A stretch of DNA of 62,652 nucleotides from Parcubacteria group bacterium (lineage in GTDB: Bacteria > Patescibacteriota > Minisyncoccia > Phycocordibacterales > Phycocordibacteraceae): positions 1-62,652 of the forward strand of contig JAQBRJ010000006.1 of assembly GCA_028286545.1 (NCBI GenBank), given 5' to 3'. The translations under genes were made by a program, and so were the position numbers. Shown one piece after another: positions 50,977 to 59,729 of this stretch; positions within the stretch are counted from its first letter, which is position 1; each line of letters starts with the position of its first letter. The notes under the pieces were generated by a model. It ran no database searches. It was not told the DNA's origin and worked only from the letters and a program-made list of their open reading frames with translations.

Positions 50977-52509
50977 ATGTCTACAACTCTCAAAGAATTG
51001 CTTGCCCATAAGGCTGTTGTTATCGCACTCGGCTTGGTCGGTGTTATTGCTGTTGCAAGCGCCGCGTACTTCGTCATTGCAACCCACGTGCCGGGCTTTT
51101 CATATGTATCGGTCACAACGGCTCCAATACATCAGGACATTGTTGCGACGGGTAGCGTAGAGCCTGTGCAGAATCCTGACCTCTCGTTTACTTCAGGAGG
51201 TCGCGTAACGTACGTGAATGCAAAAGTGGGGCAGCAGGTAGCTGCAGGCACCGTACTCGCAAGCCTTGATACCGGCGTACTTGGCGCGCAGCTCCAGGCT
51301 GCTCAAGCAGCACTCAATGCTGTTGCTGCGCCAACACGTGCTGTCGACCTTGCTGGCTCAGAAAATGCTGTAGCAATTGCGCAGCAGAATCTTACGAACA
51401 GCTTCACTATGTTCCCAACAACGCTTCTTTCAACGGTAACGAAGGCTACGGCTGCTGTGAGTCAGACCGACCTTATCTTCATGTATCCGTCGCTCTCGTC
51501 ACCACAGGTGAGCTCGTCATATGTAAGCGACTATTCAGCGCGCACCTCTATCGATGCCGAGCGTGGCGCCCTCAACAGTGAACTTGCTGCGTGGGAAAAT
51601 GAGACAGCGTCTATAAACGGAAGCTCACTTACGCCAGCGCAGGTAACAACGTACACGCAAGAAGCCGTTACACACCTTTCACATGTACGCGCCTACCTGA
51701 ACGATCTTGCTGCCGCTCTTCGCGCTACGCCGGCAACACAAGCAACAACGCAGACTCAGATAAACGCAGCCTTGAGTTCTGCAACAAACGCACGCGATAC
51801 TGTCGATAGCCTTACGCTGGCAATCCAAACAACACAGCAGTCATTTGCGACAAATCAGCTTGCTATCACGTCTGCACAGGATGCGCTCAATCAAAAGCAG
51901 GCTGGTGCCACCCCGCAGGCAATTGCGGTGCAGCAGGCACAGGTATCCGCGGTGGCAGCACAGATTCGTCAGTCACAAGTAATCGCACCGTTCTCTGGTG
52001 TTGTTGGTGCAGTAGCAGTGAAGTCAGGCGATGTCGTTGAATCAAACACTGTTGCTGTTTCACTCATTCCGCAGGGAAGCTATCAGGTCGAAGCACAGCT
52101 TTCAGAACTGGAGATGTCTAAGCTCGCGACAGGTGATGCTGTTGATGTAACGCTCGATGCATACGGAGCTTCACGTCCATTCACCGGTACCGTTGCTTCA
52201 ATTGCAACTGCACCCGTAGACGTAAACGGTACTCCTTCGTACAAGGTTGTGGTGGTGCTCGATACCAAAGACCCATCAGTGGCTGTTGGTATGCACGCAA
52301 ACCTCACCATTCACGCAGGCAGCAAGGACGCAGCACTCGTGATTCCTCGCAGCGCAGTCATCATGAATGGCAACCAAGCATTCGTTATTAAAAAGGAAGG
52401 TAAAGGTTCAACTCGTGTGCCCGTTACGCTCGGTCTTGAAAGTACCGCCATGGTAGAAGTTGTCTCAGGACTTTCTGCAGGCGACAGCGTTGCACGCATT
52501 GGCGGTTAA
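50977..52509 (+). CDS. Efflux adaptor (membrane fusion protein), long Ala/Gln/Thr-rich form, paralog of 41887..43512
   Basis: 510 aa. TM anchor, GGRVTYVNAKVGQQVAAGTVLASLD, long coiled coil, IAPFSGVVGAVAVKSGDVV and a C-terminal beta domain. Confidence 0.8.
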   Translation: MSTTLKELLAHKAVVIALGLVGVIAVASAAYFVIATHVPGFSYVSVTTAPIHQDIVATGSVEPVQNPDLSFTSGGRVTYVNAKVGQQVAAGTVLASLDTGVLGAQLQAAQAALNAVAAPTRAVDLAGSENAVAIAQQNLTNSFTMFPTTLLSTVTKATAAVSQTDLIFMYPSLSSPQVSSSYVSDYSARTSIDAERGALNSELAAWENETASINGSSLTPAQVTTYTQEAVTHLSHVRAYLNDLAAALRATPATQATTQTQINAALSSATNARDTVDSLTLAIQTTQQSFATNQLAITSAQDALNQKQAGATPQAIAVQQAQVSAVAAQIRQSQVIAPFSGVVGAVAVKSGDVVESNTVAVSLIPQGSYQVEAQLSELEMSKLATGDAVDVTLDAYGASRPFTGTVASIATAPVDVNGTPSYKVVVVLDTKDPSVAVGMHANLTIHAGSKDAALVIPRSAVIMNGNQAFVIKKEGKGSTRVPVTLGLESTAMVEVVSGLSAGDSVARIGG

Positions 52510-52534
52510 ACCTTACTTACTCAATTACTTACAT

Positions 52535-53209
52535 ATGGACGAAGAAATTCAGAACTCAGAATCAGACGTAGCGGTCGAAGCAGAAAAGGAATCGCCTAAG
52601 TCGCGCTTGCCGCTCATGGTTGCTGCGGGTCTCGTGCTCATCGTTGGCGGTGCCTTTGGCACTATCGCGTACCTCGGCGTCGCAAGTGCTCGCGTAAGCA
52701 TTGATACCGCACAAATTCAGGCGCCAGAAATTGCACTCGCACCGACAACACCCGGTGTATTGAAGCAGATGTATGTTCAAGCAGGGGACGTGATTCCTGC
52801 GAACACCGTTGTTGCACAAGTTGGTACCGAACTCATTAAGTCCACTTCGGCTGGTCTCGTCATCAGCACGAGTGACCAAGTGGGAGCTATTGTATCGGCA
52901 GCATCACCGGTAGCGACGATGATTGATCCTTCTGCGCTACGCGTTGTGGGAAAGATTGAAGAAGATAAGGGACTGTCGCGCATTGCGGTTGGCGATCGTG
53001 TGGTCTTCACTGTAGATGCGTTTGGCAGTCAGAAGTTCAATGGCGTTGTCGACGAAGTGAGTCCTACATCGCATGCTTCAGACGTTGTGTTCTCCATCTC
53101 AGACAAGCGCGAAGTGCAGAAGTTCGATGTGAAGGTTGCATACGACCAGACACAGTATCCGCAGCTCAAGAACGGCATGAGCGCACGCATCAACGTTTAT
53201 ACGAAGTAA
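52535..53209 (+). CDS. HlyD/EmrA-type short membrane fusion protein
   Basis: TM anchor, GVLKQMYVQAGDVIPANTVVAQV and VVFTVDAFGSQKFNGVVDEVSP. I place the start at ATG 52535 rather than at 52460, which overlaps the upstream gene. Confidence 0.7.
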   Translation: MDEEIQNSESDVAVEAEKESPKSRLPLMVAAGLVLIVGGAFGTIAYLGVASARVSIDTAQIQAPEIALAPTTPGVLKQMYVQAGDVIPANTVVAQVGTELIKSTSAGLVISTSDQVGAIVSAASPVATMIDPSALRVVGKIEEDKGLSRIAVGDRVVFTVDAFGSQKFNGVVDEVSPTSHASDVVFSISDKREVQKFDVKVAYDQTQYPQLKNGMSARINVYTK

Positions 53210-53213
53210 GCCT

Positions 53214-54752
53214 ATGGCGACTGCCGCGGTACAAAACACAATCAAACCAAGGCCAGCTAAAAAAGAGCGGTCAGAGAGTTCACTTAAGTGGTGGATTCTC
53301 GTTACCGTTATTATTGGCACCTTTCTCGGCAGACTCGATCAAACGATCGTTAACCTCGCACTCCCAAAGATCATCGATAGCTTTAGCATCAGTGTCTCTG
53401 CCGCGGGCTGGGTTGGTACGGCATACATTCTAGCCAATGCTATATTCGTGCCTATTTGGGGCAAGCTTGGTGACACCATTGGACGCAAGAAGGTCTACGT
53501 CACGGGCTTTGTAATTTTCATCATTGGTTCGATACTTGCTGGTCTCGCGTGGAATCTTCCATCACTCATCGTCTTCCGTATTATCCAGGCAATCGCTGGT
53601 TCCGCAGACTACCCAACTGCCATGGCAATCCTCGCGGTGACATTCCCAGACCCGAAAGAGCGCGGACAAGCACTCGGTATATGGTCGAGTGTGTTCGGCG
53701 CGAGTGCCGTGCTTGGCCCGCTCATTGGCGGTCCGCTTATTGATAACTTCGGATGGCGCTCTGTTTTCTTAATCAACTTGCCGGTCGGTATCATCGGCCT
53801 CTTCATGGCGCTTACCTTTATTACTGAATCGAAGCTACCTGAAAGAGTTCGCAAGTTCGACTGGTGGGGCGCTACCACACTTGGTATTACGCTTGGTGCA
53901 CTGGTGCTCGTACTCGACAAGGGCGCTGACTGGGGATGGTTCTCGGTTTACTCACTTATTTCATATTTGATAGTCGTGGTGATGGGAATCCTGTTCTACT
54001 TCATCGAGAAGTATCACTCAGAACCAATCGTCGACTTGAAGTTCTTTAGCAATCCAGTGTTTATGAATACGCTCGGTAATAACTTCGTGGTGTTCATGGC
54101 CATGATGGGTTCAATCTTCCTCGTACCGATCTTTGCGCAAACATTCCTTGGCTACACAGCAACTCAGTCGGGATACTTATTCATACCGATGGCACTCGGT
54201 CTTATGATTGCGGCACCATTCGGCGCATCACTCGTCGGGAAGGTAAGTGCCGGTACCGTGATTGGTTCTTCTACGCTCGTTGCCGCTATTGGTATCGGCT
54301 TATTTTCATTCATTGATGCGCGCTCGAGTGCTATCGACCTCATGCTCCCGCTCTTTATCATGGCGGCTGGTATGGGCTTTGGTATGGCGCAGCGTACGAG
54401 TGCGATCGCCGGTGCGGTGCCTGCCTCTGAAATCGGCGTAGCGTCCTCCGTGCTTGCGCTTGCCCGCAACATCGCCGGCGCCTTTGGTATCGCGCTCTTT
54501 GGTACGCTTCTTAATTGGGCAATCCAGCGTAACGTGCTCCACATAAATTCCATGAGCGAAGTGTACGTAAAGACACCACAGATCATGGCAGAGTACACCG
54601 GCCTGATTATCCTCAAGGCCCAGATCGATGCCTACGCGCTTATCTACGAACTTGCTGCAGGTCTTCTCCTCATCGGCGCACTCCTCGCGTTCTTTATACG
54701 TGTGCCTGACGTGCAGATGTCGGAAGAGGATCGCGCGATGGCGGAGGTGTAA
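53214..54752 (+). CDS. MFS drug:H+ antiporter, DHA2 (EmrB/QacA, 14-TMS) family
   Basis: 512 aa. LDQTIVNLALPKI, GKLGDTIGRKKVY and about 14 TM helices. Confidence 0.88.
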   Translation: MATAAVQNTIKPRPAKKERSESSLKWWILVTVIIGTFLGRLDQTIVNLALPKIIDSFSISVSAAGWVGTAYILANAIFVPIWGKLGDTIGRKKVYVTGFVIFIIGSILAGLAWNLPSLIVFRIIQAIAGSADYPTAMAILAVTFPDPKERGQALGIWSSVFGASAVLGPLIGGPLIDNFGWRSVFLINLPVGIIGLFMALTFITESKLPERVRKFDWWGATTLGITLGALVLVLDKGADWGWFSVYSLISYLIVVVMGILFYFIEKYHSEPIVDLKFFSNPVFMNTLGNNFVVFMAMMGSIFLVPIFAQTFLGYTATQSGYLFIPMALGLMIAAPFGASLVGKVSAGTVIGSSTLVAAIGIGLFSFIDARSSAIDLMLPLFIMAAGMGFGMAQRTSAIAGAVPASEIGVASSVLALARNIAGAFGIALFGTLLNWAIQRNVLHINSMSEVYVKTPQIMAEYTGLIILKAQIDAYALIYELAAGLLLIGALLAFFIRVPDVQMSEEDRAMAEV

Positions 54753-54772
54753 GTCTTGAATAACGAAATCCT

Positions 54773-55503
54773 TTGGGAGTCATACTTTGGTATACTCTAC
54801 CCATGGGAAACGAATCTCCATTTATTATCGAAGATTTTCAAGGCTTCAAAGTTGTTCGAGATGATCTATACGAAGGCGGTACAAAACGACGTGCTTTTAG
54901 CCGTTTGATCGATTCAATTACGGAAGATGAATTGGTGTATGCCTGCGACTACTATGGCGCAGCCGCCTATGCTATTGCTCTTACCGCTCAAGAGGCAGGG
55001 AAGAAAGTCATGCTCTTTTATTTATCTCCGAAGCAAGAAACTGCTCTATTTAATAAAGCGGTAAGTCTTCCAAACGTTACGTATGAAATCGTGGAAGAAG
55101 CAAAGACTCAAATAGAAGCGAGTATACGTGCAAAGGAATATGCAAAAGAACATAACGCAAATTCCTACCCATAGGATTAGACTTCCCAGAGTTTGGAGAA
55201 GAGCTAGAGAAGGTAGTTAAGTCTGCAAGTATAAAAGCTCCAGAGATATGGGTTATGGGCGGATCTGGGACTCTAGGTAGAGCGTTACAAAGAGCGTATC
55301 CAAATATCCCCGTAAATATTGTGAGCGTTGGAACGGCAAACTTTAACGGTGGAGATAATAAAGTGTACGAAGCTCCAGAAGCATTGGATGAGGAGGCAGA
55401 GATCAAGCCGCCCTACAATTCTTCTTCTCACTACGACGCAAAGACCTGGAGGTTTGTCCTAGAGCACGCCAAGCCTGGCTCTTATATTTGGAACGTAGCC
55501 TAG
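54773..55503 (+). pseudogene. Fold-type-II PLP-enzyme-like gene (ACC deaminase / D-cysteine desulfhydrase family-like) split by a frameshift
   Basis: ORF 54773..55174 (VRDDLYEGGTKRRAF...) stops at TAG 55172-55174. The reading continues in another frame, open from 55156 through the track ORF 55255..55503 (..IGLDFPEFGEE...VMGGSGTLGRALQ..). A 1-nt shift within 55156-55172 would fuse them. Confidence 0.5.
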
Positions 55504-55517
55504 ACCTCTTAAAAAAT

Positions 55518-56954
55518 ATGAACACTTCTGAATTCACATCACCAGTACTAAAAGACTTTGACCCAGAAGGGTATCACTTCTTCGGTCTGTGGAAGCAGAA
55601 TCTATTTTCAGCATGTTTTTGGGCAGGCTGTTATAGCAAAGAGGTTGCGGATAGGCTGGGAATTGAGACAGAAGAATCTGGAGTTGCGGTACTTACAGAA
55701 GGTAATTTCTTTATCAAGGATTCAGAACTCGCAAACATAAGGAAGCAAATTAGAGAGAAGATTGAAACCAAAGATGAGGCTTTCTTCAAAAATATGGTTA
55801 AGGTCTCCGATGATCATTTTAAAGAAGCTGTTGCGTTTACTGAAATATTCAAAAATAAAGAGCTAACACCAGAAACTTTTGAAGAGTATCTTGTTCTGGG
55901 AAAGAAAATTACTTTTCTTTGGATGCTGGGAGCAGAGCAGTTTTCTGAACATGCTCAAGAAAAATTAACTGAAGTTGCTCTAGCTGAGTCATTTCCCGTA
56001 GAACGTATACCTGAGATCATTCCAAAATTTGATACTCCACTCAATCAGCAGCATAGAGAAATGATTGAGCTCAAAAAAGAGGTCGGCAGTCTTTCACTCG
56101 AAGAAATAAAAAAGAATAAAGAACTCTACTCAAAAATCGAAGATCATACCAAACGTTTTGGATGGATTGAGATCGCAAACCTCGTAGGTGATCCTCTTAC
56201 GGTTGAAAGATTGTACGAGCAAATTATTCATGCAAAAGATGAACATGCTCAAGAAGCCAAGAACCTGCCTACGATTTCAGAGAACCTCGCATTTCATGCA
56301 AGATGTGTGAGTTATTGTGGCTACCTGCGACAAGCAGGAGCTGAATATTTCTTTATGATGTCAGAAAAGGCCCAACCCTATTTAATGGCTCTTGGAGAAA
56401 AATTTGGACTTTCATATCCTGAATTTTTACTACAAATTGATGTTGAGATAATCGAAACGTTGAAAGGAAATATCAGTGCAGATATTTTGAAAGCTAATGT
56501 TAAACGCAGAGAAGCAATGGACATAATCCTGTTTGCCGGGAAAGGAGAGGAGGTTTTCTTTACCGAGGAACCTGAAGATATTGAGAAGCTGAAAAAGCTA
56601 ATGCTTCCTCAAGCTGATCTCACGAGTAAGGAAATAAAAGGTCAGATTGGTAACAAGGGAACATATACTGGTCCAGCAAAGATAATCATGAACACTCATG
56701 ACTTTGCCAAAATGCAGACTGGCGATGTGCTTGTCTCAACCATGACAACACCGGATTTTGTGGTGCTTATGCATAAGGCAGGAGCCATCGTAACTGACAT
56801 CGGAGGCATGCTCTGCCACGCCGCGATTGTCTCAAGAGAAATAAATAAGCCTTGTGTCATAGGTACGAAATTTGCCACACAGATTCTTAAGGACGGTGAT
56901 CTCATAGAGGTAGATGCAGATAAGGGAGTAGTCACTATTCTCGAAAGACCATAA
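55518..56954 (+). CDS. Free-standing helical-domain plus swivel phosphohistidine-domain protein (no ATP-grasp, no PEP-binding domain)
   Basis: About 478 aa from ATG 55518. C-terminal IKGQIGNKGTYTGPAKII...MTTPDFVVLMHKAGAIVTDIGGMLCHAAIVSREINKPCVIGTKFATQILKDGDLIEVDADKGVVTIL, with the His codon at 56817-56819. Confidence 0.88.
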   Translation: MNTSEFTSPVLKDFDPEGYHFFGLWKQNLFSACFWAGCYSKEVADRLGIETEESGVAVLTEGNFFIKDSELANIRKQIREKIETKDEAFFKNMVKVSDDHFKEAVAFTEIFKNKELTPETFEEYLVLGKKITFLWMLGAEQFSEHAQEKLTEVALAESFPVERIPEIIPKFDTPLNQQHREMIELKKEVGSLSLEEIKKNKELYSKIEDHTKRFGWIEIANLVGDPLTVERLYEQIIHAKDEHAQEAKNLPTISENLAFHARCVSYCGYLRQAGAEYFFMMSEKAQPYLMALGEKFGLSYPEFLLQIDVEIIETLKGNISADILKANVKRREAMDIILFAGKGEEVFFTEEPEDIEKLKKLMLPQADLTSKEIKGQIGNKGTYTGPAKIIMNTHDFAKMQTGDVLVSTMTTPDFVVLMHKAGAIVTDIGGMLCHAAIVSREINKPCVIGTKFATQILKDGDLIEVDADKGVVTILERP

Positions 56955-57028
56955 AACAATAACTGAGGTGTAAAACTCTCCCGCAATGGTTCTTGCCAGC
57001 GGCATGATCCTAGACCATTATTAGGAAT

Positions 57029-57673
57029 ATGGGAATGGAAGGAAATCCAAATGAAAGGTCTAGCTCTAAGATAAGCAGAAGAGCTTTTTTAGGTGGAGCG
57101 GTCGCAATCGGAGCACTAGCCGCATTGGGTTCTAAAGTTCGTGTTGAGAAAGAACCGATTGACCACACACAAGATCACGATCTTGATTTGTTCAATAAAG
57201 CGTACGATTTACCACCAGAATATAAAAAGAACATTACGGATTGGATGCACGATGATCTCTTTAAAGATCCTCGAGTAATCACACAGCTGAATGACTTTAT
57301 TGATTCGATAGAAAAAGGAAAGGAGCCTGTGTACCAAGGGTCTGTTAGATTTACGCGCAACGATTCCTTGCCACAGATTTTCAAGGAAGGTAATGACGAG
57401 TTTCGATTCTCAATCAATACTAATTTCAAATTTACTGATGGCGTAAGTAATGGCGAGAAACTAAATGAAGGAGAAGTCGTGATTGATTGTGGAGTATCAA
57501 TGAACGGTTCTGATTCAGAAGAGCTTGGCTCTTACAGAGATCACGGCGTTATCATAGGCAGAAGTGGTGGAATTTTTGGAATGTCCTTCATCTATAACGT
57601 ACATACTGGCTTAATGAGAAAGTTTCCATCAGAGGGCTTCGCTGAGGGTTTGTCCAGAATATTCACGCCATAG
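57029..57673 (+). CDS. Hypothetical Tat-signal secreted protein
   Basis: 214 aa. Twin-arginine signal SRRAFLGGAVAIGALAALGS. No family recognised. Confidence 0.6.
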   Translation: MGMEGNPNERSSSKISRRAFLGGAVAIGALAALGSKVRVEKEPIDHTQDHDLDLFNKAYDLPPEYKKNITDWMHDDLFKDPRVITQLNDFIDSIEKGKEPVYQGSVRFTRNDSLPQIFKEGNDEFRFSINTNFKFTDGVSNGEKLNEGEVVIDCGVSMNGSDSEELGSYRDHGVIIGRSGGIFGMSFIYNVHTGLMRKFPSEGFAEGLSRIFTP

Positions 57674-57704
57674 ACTAACCTGCGTTTATTTCAGATTGAC
57701 CGAA

Positions 57705-57733
57705 AGGGGAGCAAATAGTACAATATGACCAAT
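57705..57733 (+). promoter_or_regulatory. Candidate promoter upstream of typA
   Basis: TTGACC (57705-57710), a 17-nt spacer, then TACAAT (57728-57733). It is followed by small hairpins GCCU-UUCG-AGGC and CCGCC-UGCG-GGCGG and a U-rich run, about 100 nt before ATG 57841. Confidence 0.4.
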
Positions 57734-57840
57734 GCCTTTCGAGGCTCCGCCTGCGGGCGGCTTTGCTTTTTGCATAGCAGTTTGGCCTCATTTCAGCGTT
57801 ATTTAACCTTATTATCTCGCCTTTTAATTAATCTTTAGTC

Positions 57841-59631
57841 ATGGAAATTCGTAACATCGCCATCATCGCCCACGTGGACCACGGCAAGACCACGCTCACC
57901 GATGCCATCATGAAGCAGACCGGCGCTGCTGCTGAAGGCGCGTCCATGGACAGCAACGCTCTCGAACACGAGCGCGGTATCACCATTTACTCAAAGAACA
58001 CCTCTATCGAGTACAAGGGAACAAAGATCAACATCGTCGACACCCCAGGCCACTCCGACTTCGGTTCAGAAGTTGAACGCGTGCTTCGTTCTATCGACTC
58101 AGTGCTTTTGATCGTCGACGCACAGGAAGGTCCGATGCCACAGACTCGCTTCGTGCTTAAGAAGTCACTTGAGCTCGGCCTCAAGCCTATCGTTGTTTTG
58201 AACAAGATCGATAAGCCCGCTGCAGATCCAGACCGCGCTGAAGAGCAAGTTCTCGAACTCTTCCTCGAACTCGGTGCGTCTGACGAACAGTCTGATTTCA
58301 CAACGGTGTACGCAATCGGCCGTGAAGGCGTTGCAATGCGTAAGCTAGGTGACGAGCGCAAAGACCTCACACCACTTCTCGATGTTATTCTCGAGCAGGT
58401 TCAGCCAACCTCAAGCGACGAGAGCTCAGCGATGCCACTCAAGCTCCAGACCTTCAACCTTGCCTACGATAACTTCCTCGGACGCCTCGCTATTGGCCGC
58501 GTATACGAAGGTGTCGTAAAGGCAGGTCAGGCAGTGATCGTGAAGAAGCCTAACGGCGAAGCGCGTAATGCAAAGATCACTAAAGTCTTTACCTTCAAGG
58601 GTATCGAGCGCACCGAAGTTCCTGAGGCAGTAGCAGGTGACATCGTTATCATCGCAGGAATCAGTGATGCATACATTGGTGAGACAGTAACGACTGATGC
58701 ATCAGTTGAGCCAATGACCGCTATCGCTATCGATGAGCCGACAATCACCGTGAACTTCCTCGTGAACAACTCACCATTCGCAGGTCGCGAAGGTAAGTAC
58801 GTGACGAGCCGTCAGCTCCGCGAATACCTCGAGAAGGAACTCGAAGTGAACGTCGGACTCAAAGTGGACTTCGTTTCACCTGACGCCTTTAAGGTTTCAG
58901 GACGCGGCGAGCTCCACATCGCTATTCTCCTTGAGAACATGCGTCGTGAAGGATACGAAATGCAGGTGAGTCAGCCTCAGGTAATTATTCGCGAGGAAGA
59001 AGGCCAGAAGCTCGAACCATACGAGGAAGTTACTATCGATACTCCTTCGGAATACCAGGGTTCAATTATTGAGCGCCTCGGCACTCGCGCATTCGTTCTT
59101 CAGAACCTTGTGCAGCACGACAACTCAGTACGCCTTACGCTCGAAGGTCCTACCCGCGGACTCCTCGGCTACCGCAACCAGTTTGTGGTGGACACCAAGG
59201 GTGAGGGAATCCTCTCGTCACGCGTTATCGGCTTCAAGCCATACGCTGGAGAAATCAAGAAGCGTCAGGTTGGTTCAATGATCTCAATGGCAACCGGAAA
59301 GGCACTCGGTTACGCTCTTTGGAGCATGCAGGAGCGAGGTGTGCTCTACATCACTCCGGCTACGGAAGTGTATGAGGGTATGGTTGTGGGTAACACGAGC
59401 AAGGGCGAAGAAATGGTTGTGAACCCTACGAAGGGTAAGAACCAGAGTAACGTCCGCTCTTCGGGTATGGATGAGGCTATCAACCTCGTGCCGGCCTTCA
59501 CACTCACTATCGAGCGTGGTCTTGAAGTCATGACTGACGATGAGTATCTCGAGATCACACCGTCGAGCGTTCGTTTGCGCAAGCAGGGACTTACAGAAAG
59601 CGATCGTTCTCGCGGGAAGCGCAGCAACTAG
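57841..59631 (+). CDS. typA: Translational GTPase TypA/BipA
   Basis: 596 aa. IRNIAIIAHVDHGKTTL, DTPGH.DF and NKID. The domain order is typical of BipA. Confidence 0.95.
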   Translation: MEIRNIAIIAHVDHGKTTLTDAIMKQTGAAAEGASMDSNALEHERGITIYSKNTSIEYKGTKINIVDTPGHSDFGSEVERVLRSIDSVLLIVDAQEGPMPQTRFVLKKSLELGLKPIVVLNKIDKPAADPDRAEEQVLELFLELGASDEQSDFTTVYAIGREGVAMRKLGDERKDLTPLLDVILEQVQPTSSDESSAMPLKLQTFNLAYDNFLGRLAIGRVYEGVVKAGQAVIVKKPNGEARNAKITKVFTFKGIERTEVPEAVAGDIVIIAGISDAYIGETVTTDASVEPMTAIAIDEPTITVNFLVNNSPFAGREGKYVTSRQLREYLEKELEVNVGLKVDFVSPDAFKVSGRGELHIAILLENMRREGYEMQVSQPQVIIREEEGQKLEPYEEVTIDTPSEYQGSIIERLGTRAFVLQNLVQHDNSVRLTLEGPTRGLLGYRNQFVVDTKGEGILSSRVIGFKPYAGEIKKRQVGSMISMATGKALGYALWSMQERGVLYITPATEVYEGMVVGNTSKGEEMVVNPTKGKNQSNVRSSGMDEAINLVPAFTLTIERGLEVMTDDEYLEITPSSVRLRKQGLTESDRSRGKRSN

Positions 59632-59729
59632 GTATTTTTGCCTGCGGGCGCATTGTGTGGTTTTATATGAATGCAAAGACCCATCCGGGTCTTTTGTTCA
59701 TTTCAACCACCCTTGAAAGGGGAAATAGC

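Noticed and set aside
52460-52534. Track start of the short adaptor gene at 52460, overlapping the preceding adaptor gene by 50 nt.
   Set aside because: ATG 52535 gives a typical short cytoplasmic tail plus TM anchor without the overlap.
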